Below, in pieces: positions 46,679 through 56,441 of a stretch of DNA of 59,849 nucleotides. Position numbers and translations under genes: made by a program. Positions within the stretch are counted from its first letter, which is position 1. Each line of letters opens with the position of its first letter. The stretch covers positions 1-59,849 of the forward strand of contig JBDKUN010000010.1 of assembly GCA_039679675.1 (NCBI GenBank), given 5' to 3'. The DNA comes from Armatimonadota bacterium. GTDB lineage: Bacteria; Armatimonadota; UBA5829; DTLH01. Below the pieces are notes generated by a model. That model was not told the DNA's origin and did not search any database. It was given only the letters and a program-made list of their open reading frames with translations.

Positions 46679-47325
46679 TGCCTCTTAAAATCTTTATAGG
46701 AATATGGATGGCCGGAGTGATCGCGGCGGCGTTTCTTTTCGCGCCTCCTGCAGAGGGGTTCGCTCATCCCGATGCTGCGCGGATTATATTCTTTCATGTT
46801 CCAAACGCCATAGTCGCATCCATTGCATTTCTCATGTCGGCGGTGTACAGCGTGCGCTACCTTAAAAACCGCAGCTTGATGGATGACGCCAAATCCGCCG
46901 TCTCGGCCGAACTCGGGTTGGTGTTTGCCATACTCGCCACAATCACAGGGTCGCTTTTCGCACACATTCAGTGGAACAGCTGGTGGAACTGGGACCCGAG
47001 AGAGACATCCATCGTCGTGCTGCTCCTGATTTATGCTGCATACTTCGCCATAAGATCAGCCGTCGAAGAAACGGAAAGGCGGGCGGCGCTTTCGGCTGTT
47101 TATGCAATACTCGCGCTTCCTGCTATGGCCTTTTTGATGTTCATCTTACCGAATGTGATGTTCTCGCTTCATCCCGCAGATACACTCACTTCCGGCTCAG
47201 GGCTGAGCAACGAGTACAGGCTTGTGCTTTACCCGGCAATACTCGGGTTTATCGCCCTTTTTATCTGGATATTTCGCATCAAAACGGCTCTTGCGGAAAT
47301 CAAGTTCAAAATGAGGAGACACTGA
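46678..47325 (+). CDS. ccmC: CcmC heme transfer protein
   Basis: IFFHVP; WWD motif WNSWWNWDPRET; SLHP. Confidence 0.93.
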   Translation: MPLKIFIGIWMAGVIAAAFLFAPPAEGFAHPDAARIIFFHVPNAIVASIAFLMSAVYSVRYLKNRSLMDDAKSAVSAELGLVFAILATITGSLFAHIQWNSWWNWDPRETSIVVLLLIYAAYFAIRSAVEETERRAALSAVYAILALPAMAFLMFILPNVMFSLHPADTLTSGSGLSNEYRLVLYPAILGFIALFIWIFRIKTALAEIKFKMRRH

Positions 47326-47326
47326 T

Positions 47327-47431
47327 ATGTCATCGCTCGTAGCGTTTATGATAGCCCCCTTGATCGTGTGGATAGGGCTCTTTTTCTACCTGCTTCACAT
47401 CGATCGGCAGGTGAAGGAACTCAAGAAGTGA
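47327..47431 (+). CDS. ccmD: CcmD-like small membrane protein (34 aa, below the ORF track cutoff)
   Basis: MSSLVAFMIAPLIVWIGLFFYLLHIDRQVKELKK; RBS GAGGAG; located between ccmC and ccmE. Confidence 0.8.
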   Translation: MSSLVAFMIAPLIVWIGLFFYLLHIDRQVKELKK

Positions 47432-47796
47432 AAAGTTACTACGTAATTGCCGGGGTGATAATACTCGCATTTCTGGCGCTTGGCGTATCGACCTTTATGA
47501 GCTCGATGACCCCTTATGTAGAGGACTTCTCGAAGGTCCGGGCATCCACGGAAGAGATTATTCAGGTGCCGGGCGACATTGTGAAGGGCAGGACTGAGTA
47601 TGATGTGAAGAACCATGCGCTTGTTTTCTATTTGAAGGACGCAAAGAAGAGCGAGATGAAGGTGATTTATAACGGCACCGCACCGGCCAACTTCGACCAC
47701 GCGAAAAAAGTCGTCGTATCGGGCAAATACCGGAATGGGATGTTCGAAGCCTCTGAGCTCAAGGCCAAATGCCCATCGAAATATCAGCCGAACTAG
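47428..47796 (+). CDS. ccmE: Heme chaperone CcmE (CxxxY variant)
   Basis: N-terminal TM; Y.G..P.NF; AKCPSKY. Confidence 0.92.
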   Translation: MKSYYVIAGVIILAFLALGVSTFMSSMTPYVEDFSKVRASTEEIIQVPGDIVKGRTEYDVKNHALVFYLKDAKKSEMKVIYNGTAPANFDHAKKVVVSGKYRNGMFEASELKAKCPSKYQPN

Positions 47797-47804
47797 GAAT
47801 ATTT

Positions 47805-50240
47805 ATGCAGACCGGTAACTTACTTCTTTCTTCGGCTTTTGCCGTCACAATCGCAGCTATAGCGGCCTATATCACCTCCGGGCTCGGTTATAAACGGTTC
47901 AGGCGGTATAGCCGCACGGCTTATTTCCTCTCGACAATTCTTATTACCTGCATTTCCGCCTATTTCATGGCGCTTATCTTCACAAACCGCTTCGATGTCC
48001 GGTACATTGCAGAATACAGCTCAAGAGAGCTTCCTTTTATCTATAAAATCTCTGTTTTCTGGGCAGGGGCGCAGGGGTCGCTCCTTTTTTGGGCGCTCGC
48101 GAGCGGAATTATCGGGCTCGTCGTGATGCGGAAGTCCAGGGAGTTCGAACCCTGGACTATGGCCTTCCTGAGCGTCGTTCAGGCGTTGTTTCTTTACCTG
48201 CTCCTGGTGGACAGCCCATTCAAGCCCATGCTGATTACTCCAGCGGACGGGATGGGCTTAAGAGAGCTTCTGCGGAACCCGTGGATGGCGGTGCATCCGC
48301 CGGTCACGTTCATCGGTTACGCTGCGATCTGTGTTCCGGCGGCGTTTGCCGCTGCCGCGCTCATCAAAGGTGATTTCAGCAGCTGGCGGAGAGCCGCCCT
48401 GCCCTGGGCCCTTTTCGGATGGACGGTGCTCGGCGCGGGGATAATCCTCGGAAGCTATTGGGCCTATGAGGTGCTCGGCTGGGGCGGCTACTGGGGATGG
48501 GACCCCGTAGAGAACTCATCGCTTGTGCCGTGGATCATCGGCACAGCGCTTCTCCACACGATGATTGCCGAGCGCTACCGCGGCAGCTTCCGAAGAGTCA
48601 ACGTGGCGCTTGCGCTTATCACTTTTGCACTCGTCTTTTATGCCACTTTTTTGACCCGCAGCAACGTTATAAAGGACTCTGTTCATACATTCGGCGATAC
48701 GTCAACCGCCGGGCCGCTGATTTGCTTCATCCTGGCGTTTCTAGCCATTTCCGCTGTCCTTATGGCTTTGAGGTGGAAGAAGCTTACAGGAGAGCCGAGC
48801 TATACGGCGGTCGCATCGAAGGATTTTCTGTTCTTTCTAGCAGCTATTTTCATAGTCATAGCAGGATTTCTGGTGATAACCGGCACATCTGCCCCGATTA
48901 TCGGGAATGTTTTCTCAAAGAAGATCAGCCTCCAACCGGATTTTTATAACAAAACGGTTTCGCCGGTTGCGCTCATAGTTCTTTCGTTGATGGCGCTTGC
49001 CCCGGTAGTCTCGTGGAGCCGGAACCGCGAATCGAATGAAAAAGAGCGGGCTCTGCTCTTCAGCGCTCTTGTGGTGGTCTGTGTTGTTTTTATAGTAGCG
49101 TTAGTTGCACGCGAATATTTGGCTGTCACGGCTATAGGGATATTCTTAGTGGCGTTGGCTGGGCTTGCTACAAATGCCTATACGCTCATGAAAACGGGGA
49201 GACGCGGCGTGCGCGGGATAGGAGGTTTTCTCTCGCACGCAGGTGTCTCGGTCATGTTCCTCGGCATCGTGCTCTCGGCTAATGGCGGCTCGCCGGAGAA
49301 TCTCACGCTTATAAAAGACAAACCGAGTGCTGCTTCTCTGACCGAATCGAAAATTCCAAACCTGACCCGCGATTACACTTTTACTTACCGGGGTTATCAG
49401 GACCTTGGCGACAGAATGAAGCTGAATATCCGCGTCGAAGGAGCCGGAAAGCCGGTCAATGCGATGGTAACGACACCTACGATAGGAAATAACGATACTC
49501 CACCGAAGCCAGCGATTATCAGCGCATTCACGAAAGATATATACATCACACCTCAGGCCGGGCCGGAGAGGAAAGAGGGATTGGTCGAGCTCGGTAGACC
49601 CGTAGACCTTCCCGGTTATAAGCTGACGCTTATCGGCTTTACGAAACCAGCCAAAGACCGTTTTGGAGCGAAACTTGAGATAGAAACAGACGGCAGGAAA
49701 CATACCATTATCCCGTGGATGGCAAAAGAGACTAAGTCTTCATCAACTGTAGATGTCCCAGGTATGCAGTCTTCAATCGGTATCACAGGAATCAGCGTCG
49801 AGGAGCACGCAGTGGATGTGGTTTTCACTCCGAAATCTGTAAAGCCGCAGACATTGAGGCTTATCAAGGGTGAAGAGGCAACTTTTGGAGACTACAGGTT
49901 CTTATTCAAAAAATGGTTCTTCCCGTCCGGCGGTATGGGCGGTATGCAGGTTGGCGCAAGTATGGATATAACCCACAGCGGGAAAACAGTGAATGTGGGG
50001 CCTGTATATAGTCCGAATTCCGGCACATCGGTAGTTTCTGAGCCTGTAGATGTACCCGGCACAGGTGATATAATCGAGCTGCTCGATTTGGATGTAAACA
50101 GAGGACTGGCAGACATTGCCATTACGATGAACAGCGCGGTTGTAAGCGTAAGCATGAAGCCGTTTATGAGACTTTTCTGGAGCGGGGCGATACTTATGCT
50201 CATCGGAGGCACAATTGCACTGTGGCGGCGGGTGAAGTGA
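47805..50240 (+). CDS. ccmF: Heme lyase CcmF with extended C-terminal region
   Basis: WAGAQGSLLFW; HPP; WAYEVLGWGGYWGWDPVEN; SVHTF. Confidence 0.95.
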   Translation: MQTGNLLLSSAFAVTIAAIAAYITSGLGYKRFRRYSRTAYFLSTILITCISAYFMALIFTNRFDVRYIAEYSSRELPFIYKISVFWAGAQGSLLFWALASGIIGLVVMRKSREFEPWTMAFLSVVQALFLYLLLVDSPFKPMLITPADGMGLRELLRNPWMAVHPPVTFIGYAAICVPAAFAAAALIKGDFSSWRRAALPWALFGWTVLGAGIILGSYWAYEVLGWGGYWGWDPVENSSLVPWIIGTALLHTMIAERYRGSFRRVNVALALITFALVFYATFLTRSNVIKDSVHTFGDTSTAGPLICFILAFLAISAVLMALRWKKLTGEPSYTAVASKDFLFFLAAIFIVIAGFLVITGTSAPIIGNVFSKKISLQPDFYNKTVSPVALIVLSLMALAPVVSWSRNRESNEKERALLFSALVVVCVVFIVALVAREYLAVTAIGIFLVALAGLATNAYTLMKTGRRGVRGIGGFLSHAGVSVMFLGIVLSANGGSPENLTLIKDKPSAASLTESKIPNLTRDYTFTYRGYQDLGDRMKLNIRVEGAGKPVNAMVTTPTIGNNDTPPKPAIISAFTKDIYITPQAGPERKEGLVELGRPVDLPGYKLTLIGFTKPAKDRFGAKLEIETDGRKHTIIPWMAKETKSSSTVDVPGMQSSIGITGISVEEHAVDVVFTPKSVKPQTLRLIKGEEATFGDYRFLFKKWFFPSGGMGGMQVGASMDITHSGKTVNVGPVYSPNSGTSVVSEPVDVPGTGDIIELLDLDVNRGLADIAITMNSAVVSVSMKPFMRLFWSGAILMLIGGTIALWRRVK

Positions 50241-50285
50241 TTCAGATACACCTAAAACCAGCTTCCGCGCTCCAAATTCTGTTCC

Positions 50286-51575
50286 CTAACTTACCGGAAA
50301 CACTGCCGTAAAGAGCAAGATGGCACTGAATGCAATCAGTGCAGCTACAGTCAGCCAGACTATTACGTTGTAGAACTTCGAGTTTGTATACTCGCCCATT
50401 ATATCTTTGTTATTTATAAGCTTGAGCATAAATATGAGCACAATCGGCAGTAGCAGCCCGTTCACGAACTGAGACCAGATCATTACTTTAACCGGGTTGA
50501 ACCCCGGCATAAGCGCGACACCGGCGCCGATTACTATTGCGGATGTGTATATGCCGTAGAAAGCAGGAGCCTCCTGCCAGCGGCAGTTAATCCCGCTCTC
50601 GAACCCAAAAGCTTCATTAAATGTATAAGCCGTAGAAAGCGGAAGCACAGCTGCAGCCAGAAGCGATGCTCCCAAAAGCCCTAAAGCGAAGAGAAGTGTA
50701 GCGTAGCCACCGGCAAACGGCTTGAGCGCCACCGCAAGCTGCTCAGCTCTTTCGATTCTGATCGGCGCTCCGGCTATATAGTGAAGCGATGCAGCGGCGG
50801 CGATCATTATGAAGACCGATACCACGTCAGTCAGGATCGACCCTACAACAACATCAGCCTTTTGATATTTATAGCCGCGCATATCTATGCCTTTATCCAC
50901 AACCGTCGCCTGAAGGAAGAACTGCATCCAGGGAGTAATCGTGGTACCAATAACGGCGATGAGCAAAAGCAGGTATTCAGAGTCCGGCTTGACGGTTGGC
51001 CGCAGCATACCGTTCGCGACTTCTCTCCAGTTAGGATTTGCGAGGATTCCTGAGATGATGTATGTGACATAAAGGACTGTCAGGAGCAGAAATACCCGCT
51101 CAACGGTTTTGAAATTGCCTCTTACAACGAGGAACCAGACTCCGATTGCGGCCAGGGGAATGCCGATGTAGCGTGTGAGTCCAAGAATTTCTACACTTGC
51201 GGTTATGCCTGCGAATTCAGCAATAGTAGTTGCGAGGTTAGCGACGAGGAGGACACTCAGGGCAAAGAGAGTCCAGCGAACGCCGAATTGTTCTCTTATG
51301 AGCTCTCCCAGCCCCTTTTGGGTAACCGCACCCATCCGTGCAGCCATTTCCTGCACGACAATGAGCACGAAGGTGACTATTACCATCACCCAGAGGAGTT
51401 GATATCCGAAGTGCGCCCCGGCTACGGAGTACGTAGTTATGCCCCCGGCATCGTTGTCTGCAGCAGACGTGATGATGCCAGGTCCCATGACCGCCAAAAA
51501 GGCCAGGACTCCTCCTCGGTTTATCTTCCTGATCTGACTCCTCCATAACCTGATCCAACTCTCCGTGTTTTGCAA
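50286..51575 (-). CDS. NRAMP-family divalent metal (probable Mg2+) transporter
   Basis: GPG..DNDAGGITTYS; QEMAARMG; GTTITPW. Confidence 0.9.
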   Translation of the reverse strand: MQNTESWIRLWRSQIRKINRGGVLAFLAVMGPGIITSAADNDAGGITTYSVAGAHFGYQLLWVMVIVTFVLIVVQEMAARMGAVTQKGLGELIREQFGVRWTLFALSVLLVANLATTIAEFAGITASVEILGLTRYIGIPLAAIGVWFLVVRGNFKTVERVFLLLTVLYVTYIISGILANPNWREVANGMLRPTVKPDSEYLLLLIAVIGTTITPWMQFFLQATVVDKGIDMRGYKYQKADVVVGSILTDVVSVFIMIAAAASLHYIAGAPIRIERAEQLAVALKPFAGGYATLLFALGLLGASLLAAAVLPLSTAYTFNEAFGFESGINCRWQEAPAFYGIYTSAIVIGAGVALMPGFNPVKVMIWSQFVNGLLLPIVLIFMLKLINNKDIMGEYTNSKFYNVIVWLTVAALIAFSAILLFTAVFPVS

Positions 51576-51602
51576 AAAGCGCGGATGAATGACACATAAT
51601 CG

Positions 51603-52859
51603 CTACTTGTTCCACATCCTCGAAATGCGCCGCCGCCAGTCCTCCGGCAGCACCTTCTGGAGCGCGTCGTCTATCGTAACTATCCCCTGCATCCGGTTTT
51701 CATCGTCTACAACCGGAAGCGCAAGCAGGTTATAGTCTTCCATCGTCTGCGCAATATCCTGGATAGAAGCATCCGTATGAACACGGATGACATTCTTCAC
51801 GGTAAACTCCTCGATCGGGGTTGCAGGCTGCGCTACAATAAGATCGCGAAGCGATATAACGCCCACAAGCCTCTCATGCTCGTCGAGCACATAAACATAA
51901 TATATCGTTTCGGCATCAGGGCCGACCTCGCGGAGGTGGTTGATCGTATCCTCAGCCGTCATACCAGGTGAAACAGCTATAAACTCTGTCGTCATAAGCC
52001 CGCCGGCAGTCTCGTCCGCATACTGAAGGAGCTCCTTTACGTCTTCGGCCTCATCTGCCTCCATCTCACTTAATATCTCATCACGTCTATCAGCAGACAG
52101 ATCACCAAGGACATCGGCGGCCTCATCCGGCTCCATTTCTTCAAGAATATCGGCGGCACGCTCCTCATCCAGGCTTTCTACAATCGATACCTGAACCGCA
52201 GGATCGGTTTCCGCAAGCGTTTCCGCAGCAGTCTCGACGTCCAGCGACTCGAAATACTCCGTCCTTTGAGCCGGGTCGAGCTCATCTACGATCTTTGCGA
52301 TATCCGCCGGGTGCAGCTTTGCCAACCGCTCTGCCGGGACTTTAAGTCTGATCCGCCCCTCGCTTCGCTGGAACGTTTCGACATCGTTCCATGCGATAAT
52401 TCGAGTGTGCGGCCGCCATCTGGAGCGTTTGGTAAGCCTGTCCACCAGGCCTTCCAGCCCCATCCTGCGGAAAAGCCCGCGCATGCCTGTATCTACGCCT
52501 ACCAGGAACAAAGCGGTTTCGGACTGCTCCAGGCGAACATCGTTTACTCGAACGACCCTGTAATCGTGAACGTCCACGATCTGTTTATCCAGTAGATCGC
52601 GCTTTATCCACAGGTCGCTCTCTTTTATCTGATATGTTCTGATCGTATCTCGGCTGCCGGACAGCTTCACCCCACGGTCGCTCAAACTCACCTGTTCCCA
52701 TGGGACAATAACCTGCTCTTCTTCACCGCGAACAGAAATAACTATCGCAGTTACAGGAGGAAATTGTTCACCAGGGGTTACGATGAGATCATCAAGCGCA
52801 CCGACCTGTGACTCACTCTGATCGGCTACCGGTTTACCGAGCATCTCGGAAAGAAACAT
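51603..52859 (-). CDS. Soluble PRC-barrel + MgtE_N + CBS-pair protein (no TM domain)
   Basis: LLDKQIVD; LHPADIA; TAGGLMTTE; YYVYV; GIVTIDD. Confidence 0.88.
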   Translation of the reverse strand: MFLSEMLGKPVADQSESQVGALDDLIVTPGEQFPPVTAIVISVRGEEEQVIVPWEQVSLSDRGVKLSGSRDTIRTYQIKESDLWIKRDLLDKQIVDVHDYRVVRVNDVRLEQSETALFLVGVDTGMRGLFRRMGLEGLVDRLTKRSRWRPHTRIIAWNDVETFQRSEGRIRLKVPAERLAKLHPADIAKIVDELDPAQRTEYFESLDVETAAETLAETDPAVQVSIVESLDEERAADILEEMEPDEAADVLGDLSADRRDEILSEMEADEAEDVKELLQYADETAGGLMTTEFIAVSPGMTAEDTINHLREVGPDAETIYYVYVLDEHERLVGVISLRDLIVAQPATPIEEFTVKNVIRVHTDASIQDIAQTMEDYNLLALPVVDDENRMQGIVTIDDALQKVLPEDWRRRISRMWNK

Positions 52860-53077
52860 TTTTCAGTGTATCCTTCGAGTGTATCTTGTAGAATATACAC
52901 TTCATACCACGTCCAAACAAAGAACAGGAAGAATAATAATATTCCTGCCTGCTCTCACTATACTTTATCTGCTTATACCCTTCTAGTCAAGCTCTTGACT
53001 CAACTCAACCGCTGGTGTAGACTTTTCCTTGGTGAATACGCCCGAATACATCGGACGACCGAAATCGAGGAAATCAT

Positions 53078-53773
53078 TTGGCTTGTAAAACATCAGGAAA
53101 GTTTACCTGCCGAGCCCTTGCACTGGCGACAATCTGGCTTTTGTCGCTGTCACTGGCGTCCAGCTCCCTGGCTGGCCCTCCGAAAACGAAGAAAACACCG
53201 GATGTAATAGTCCTTATAGTTGCAGACCTGGATGGTGTCAACATCCAGTATAACAATGTGGTTAAGAAGTCCGTCGCTGTGTCCGATCTGAGATCGCTTA
53301 TCAACGCTACCAGGTGGCAGGCAAGAAACGTACATGTATCGTCAGCAGAAAACTCTACGTCTGTAGACTTCTCATCCGGCAGGACTATAAACTGGCGGGA
53401 CGGGGGACTGCTTGTAGAACCTTTTGCGCAGGCATTCAAGCGTTTCGACCTCATCGCGGTGTACTACATAGCGCCAAGCGGGTACACTTTTCGTTCGCTT
53501 AGAGATTATTCCGACCGGTATGTAAACATAGACTGGTCCAATACGAACAATACATATTCTTATCTTATCAGCATAAAAGATCACAACTTCGACCGATTGA
53601 ACCTGCCGCTTATAGTCGATCCCGCAAAAGCCGGTCAGACCAGCGGTTCCGGCGGGAAGATGCCCGTCGGCAAGGAAATACTGCTTGCTTTTCTCTTCGC
53701 GCTTGCAGCCGGTGCGATTGTTGTCATCGCAGTCAATCGAATTACACGTAATGAAAGGAGCAATCGAGCCTAA
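53078..53773 (+). CDS. Hypothetical exported protein with C-terminal TM anchor
   Basis: Signal-like N-terminus, C-terminal hydrophobic helix, abuts pilT. Confidence 0.6.
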   Translation: MACKTSGKFTCRALALATIWLLSLSLASSSLAGPPKTKKTPDVIVLIVADLDGVNIQYNNVVKKSVAVSDLRSLINATRWQARNVHVSSAENSTSVDFSSGRTINWRDGGLLVEPFAQAFKRFDLIAVYYIAPSGYTFRSLRDYSDRYVNIDWSNTNNTYSYLISIKDHNFDRLNLPLIVDPAKAGQTSGSGGKMPVGKEILLAFLFALAAGAIVVIAVNRITRNERSNRA

Positions 53774-53775
53774 AT

Positions 53776-54834
53776 ATGGACCTTAGAGAGCTAGCTAAAC
53801 TTGCTGCCGACAGAAGGGCATCAGACCTTTTCATAAAAGTCGGTTCGCCGCCTGCACTACGAATCGATGGAAAAATCACTATGACGGAACTGCCTAAGCT
53901 TACGGACGCAGAAACGCGCGAGTTGGCTTACGGTGTTATGTCTCACGAACAGATAGGGCGCTTCGAACGGCGGCATGAGATGGACCTCGCATTTACAATC
54001 GACGGAGTAGCCAGGTTCAGGGCTAACGTTTACCAGCAGCGCGGCACTATCGGTATGGTCCTCCGCGTCATCCCGCTCGATATATACACACTCGAGCAGC
54101 TCGGAATGCCCCAGGTAATCGGAGACCTCTGCATGCACAAACAGGGGTTGATCCTGCTTACAGGGCCTACCGGTTCCGGTAAGTCTACAACGCTTGCGGC
54201 TATGATCGACCTTATCAACAGAAGCCGCCGGTGCAACATCGTTACGATTGAAGACCCGCTCGAGTTTATCCATGAAGATAAGCTCTCCATCATCAACCAG
54301 CGCGAAATCAGCATTGATACGGACTCGTTCAGCGAGGCGTTGAAATATGTCGTCCGCCAGAGCCCGGATGTCATCCTGATCGGTGAAATGAGAGATGTAG
54401 AGACGATGAATGTCGCTCTGGCCGCTGCGGAGACCGGCCACCTGGTCTTCTCCACAGTCCATACCACCAGCGCCGCCGGGACTATGGAACGAATTATCAA
54501 CATGTTCCCGCCTCACGACAAACCTCAGATCTGTCTCAGGATGTCGGACTCTCTGAGAGGGATTATCTCGCAGAAACTGCTGCCGCGGGCGGATGGCCCC
54601 GGACGAATCGGCGGTATCGAGATCATGATCGGCACCCCGACCATAAGCAAACTGATCGAGGAAGGCCGCTCAGGACAACTTTATCCGTCAATTGCTGAAG
54701 GTGGGTTCTGGGGTATGCAGACTATGAACCAGTGTCTGCTCAAATACTACAAGGCAGGACTGATAACAGAGGATATTGCGCTCCTGAACGCAGGAAACCA
54801 GACGGAACTGAAACAGATGATCCGCCGGCCATAA
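53776..54834 (+). CDS. pilT: Type IV pilus retraction ATPase PilT/PilU
   Basis: ASDL; RFRAN; GPTGSGKST; TIEDP; GEMRD; AETGHLV. Confidence 0.92.
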   Translation: MDLRELAKLAADRRASDLFIKVGSPPALRIDGKITMTELPKLTDAETRELAYGVMSHEQIGRFERRHEMDLAFTIDGVARFRANVYQQRGTIGMVLRVIPLDIYTLEQLGMPQVIGDLCMHKQGLILLTGPTGSGKSTTLAAMIDLINRSRRCNIVTIEDPLEFIHEDKLSIINQREISIDTDSFSEALKYVVRQSPDVILIGEMRDVETMNVALAAAETGHLVFSTVHTTSAAGTMERIINMFPPHDKPQICLRMSDSLRGIISQKLLPRADGPGRIGGIEIMIGTPTISKLIEEGRSGQLYPSIAEGGFWGMQTMNQCLLKYYKAGLITEDIALLNAGNQTELKQMIRRP

Positions 54835-54841
54835 TTGCAAC

Positions 54842-54875
54842 TGAACATGCCGGGCGAAACGCTCCGGCATGTTCA
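54842..54875. terminator. Hairpin after pilT between convergent ORFs
   Basis: tgaacatgccgg...ccggcatgttca. Confidence 0.6.
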
Positions 54876-54887
54876 CCTTATTTCAAA

Positions 54888-55133
54888 CTACGAATATACC
54901 CCCTGATCCCAGGAATCGCAATCGGGTTCATCCGTTGATGGACGGGCGGTTTCCAGTGAACCTACATAAACCCCGCCGGACATTGTCCGCACCCGGTATC
55001 TGACCGGACCGGCAGTGTCGATCTTCTCGACACTGGATATATGCGATGTCTGGCATTTCTGTCCACGAAAGATAATATCAGCCGACTCATACAACTTCGG
55101 CTCGCCAAGAAATACAGCTTCCCATTCGGGCAT
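54888..55133 (-). CDS. Small hypothetical protein
   Basis: 81 aa ORF with GAGGTG RBS; no recognised motif. Confidence 0.35.
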   Translation of the reverse strand: MPEWEAVFLGEPKLYESADIIFRGQKCQTSHISSVEKIDTAGPVRYRVRTMSGGVYVGSLETARPSTDEPDCDSWDQGVYS

Positions 55134-55251
55134 AACGAAACCACCTCAAAGTCTAGCCTGGCACGGCTCATCTACTATAGTTATTCCATATCCTGAGCTT
55201 CCTGGCTTGGCGATGATTCCATTGCACATATTATCTTTACGGAGCTTGGGA

Positions 55252-55887
55252 TCATCTTTTCCGGCGTAATTTCATTACACCTGCAACAGAGCTTAAGCCG
55301 GAAAAGATGACTAGAAGCCCGCTTGGTTCAGGAACAGCGGGTGCGGCTGTTTGTATAGTCAACTTAACATTGCTATTGATGTAATGACAATCTGGGTCAA
55401 ACCCAAGCCCAAAGTTGGCTTTTCTCCTGCCCGGTTTGGTTTTGGAGACTTCACGCAAATCTTCAAGAAGTCCCAACGAACTGAACCGGTATACCAAATC
55501 CTCATTATAATTGTTTCCATCCGTATATGTTGCAACCAAAGGTCCTGTGAGCCCCAGAGCATTCTTATTCTTATCTGCCCAATTATCCCCATTACCCTGG
55601 TTGTCATACCAACTTCTAACACCCCTGCTGGGGTTATCCAGAAGATGTATAAAGAGTCTGTCGTTTGCCTCCTGGGTCCAGTCGTTGATGTTATCTATAG
55701 TCAGATACGCATCTACGATCTCTTCACCACTCGGAACAGACCAGTCTATACCCCATGAATAATAATAACAATGATCCAAACTGCCAAGACCATTATTACC
55801 CGGCGAAAAAGTGTAGTCCTTCGCCTGCACTTGGACTGCTAACGCTAATGCAATAAAAACGCATACGAACAACACTTTATTTCTCAT
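55252..55887 (-). CDS. PEP-CTERM sorting domain protein
   Basis: Signal peptide; VPEPS + TM + RRKR C-terminus; RBS AGGAGG. Confidence 0.92.
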   Translation of the reverse strand: MRNKVLFVCVFIALALAVQVQAKDYTFSPGNNGLGSLDHCYYYSWGIDWSVPSGEEIVDAYLTIDNINDWTQEANDRLFIHLLDNPSRGVRSWYDNQGNGDNWADKNKNALGLTGPLVATYTDGNNYNEDLVYRFSSLGLLEDLREVSKTKPGRRKANFGLGFDPDCHYINSNVKLTIQTAAPAVPEPSGLLVIFSGLSSVAGVMKLRRKR

Positions 55888-55917
55888 ACAATCACCTCCT
55901 CCTTTTTAATGGTTATT

Positions 55918-55933
55918 TGCAATATATATGCCA
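55918..55933 (-). promoter_or_regulatory. Sigma54 promoter of the PEP-CTERM gene
   Basis: Minus strand TGGCAT-ATATA-TTGCA. Confidence 0.8.
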
Positions 55934-56441
55934 TTAATGCCGGTACATTTCCGTTATTTTGTGCATATATAGACTTATTGCGTTGCTGCATGACATATTT
56001 TCATGATTTGTGATTATATTATCACTTTGTATGATCTTACTCATAATTCCAGCGTTTGCCGGATCATTTTTGTATCTTCGTATAATCATGTAAAACTAAC
56101 AGCCATTGCCCCATTTCTAGAGGGCAATTGCCAAGCTCGCGCTCACGACTTATAATGATGATTGGCTGACTGCTTAATGTATCGATCAGCAGCTCGCCGG
56201 TGCAAAGAGGCACCGGATAGAGAGTCTTACAGAGTTTTGGCAATTAATATACCAAGCATTAAATATCGTTTCAGCCAAAACTCCTTTCGGGAGAGTTTCG
56301 AGTTTGAGCATGGTACCAACAAATGCAGCATTATCAATGACTGTTTATGTGTCCGTAGGATTATTACATCATTACTCGAAACTCTTTAGATAAGCCAATA
56401 AGACGCAGTCAACAATTATGTCAACCGGAGGCTACAGAATC

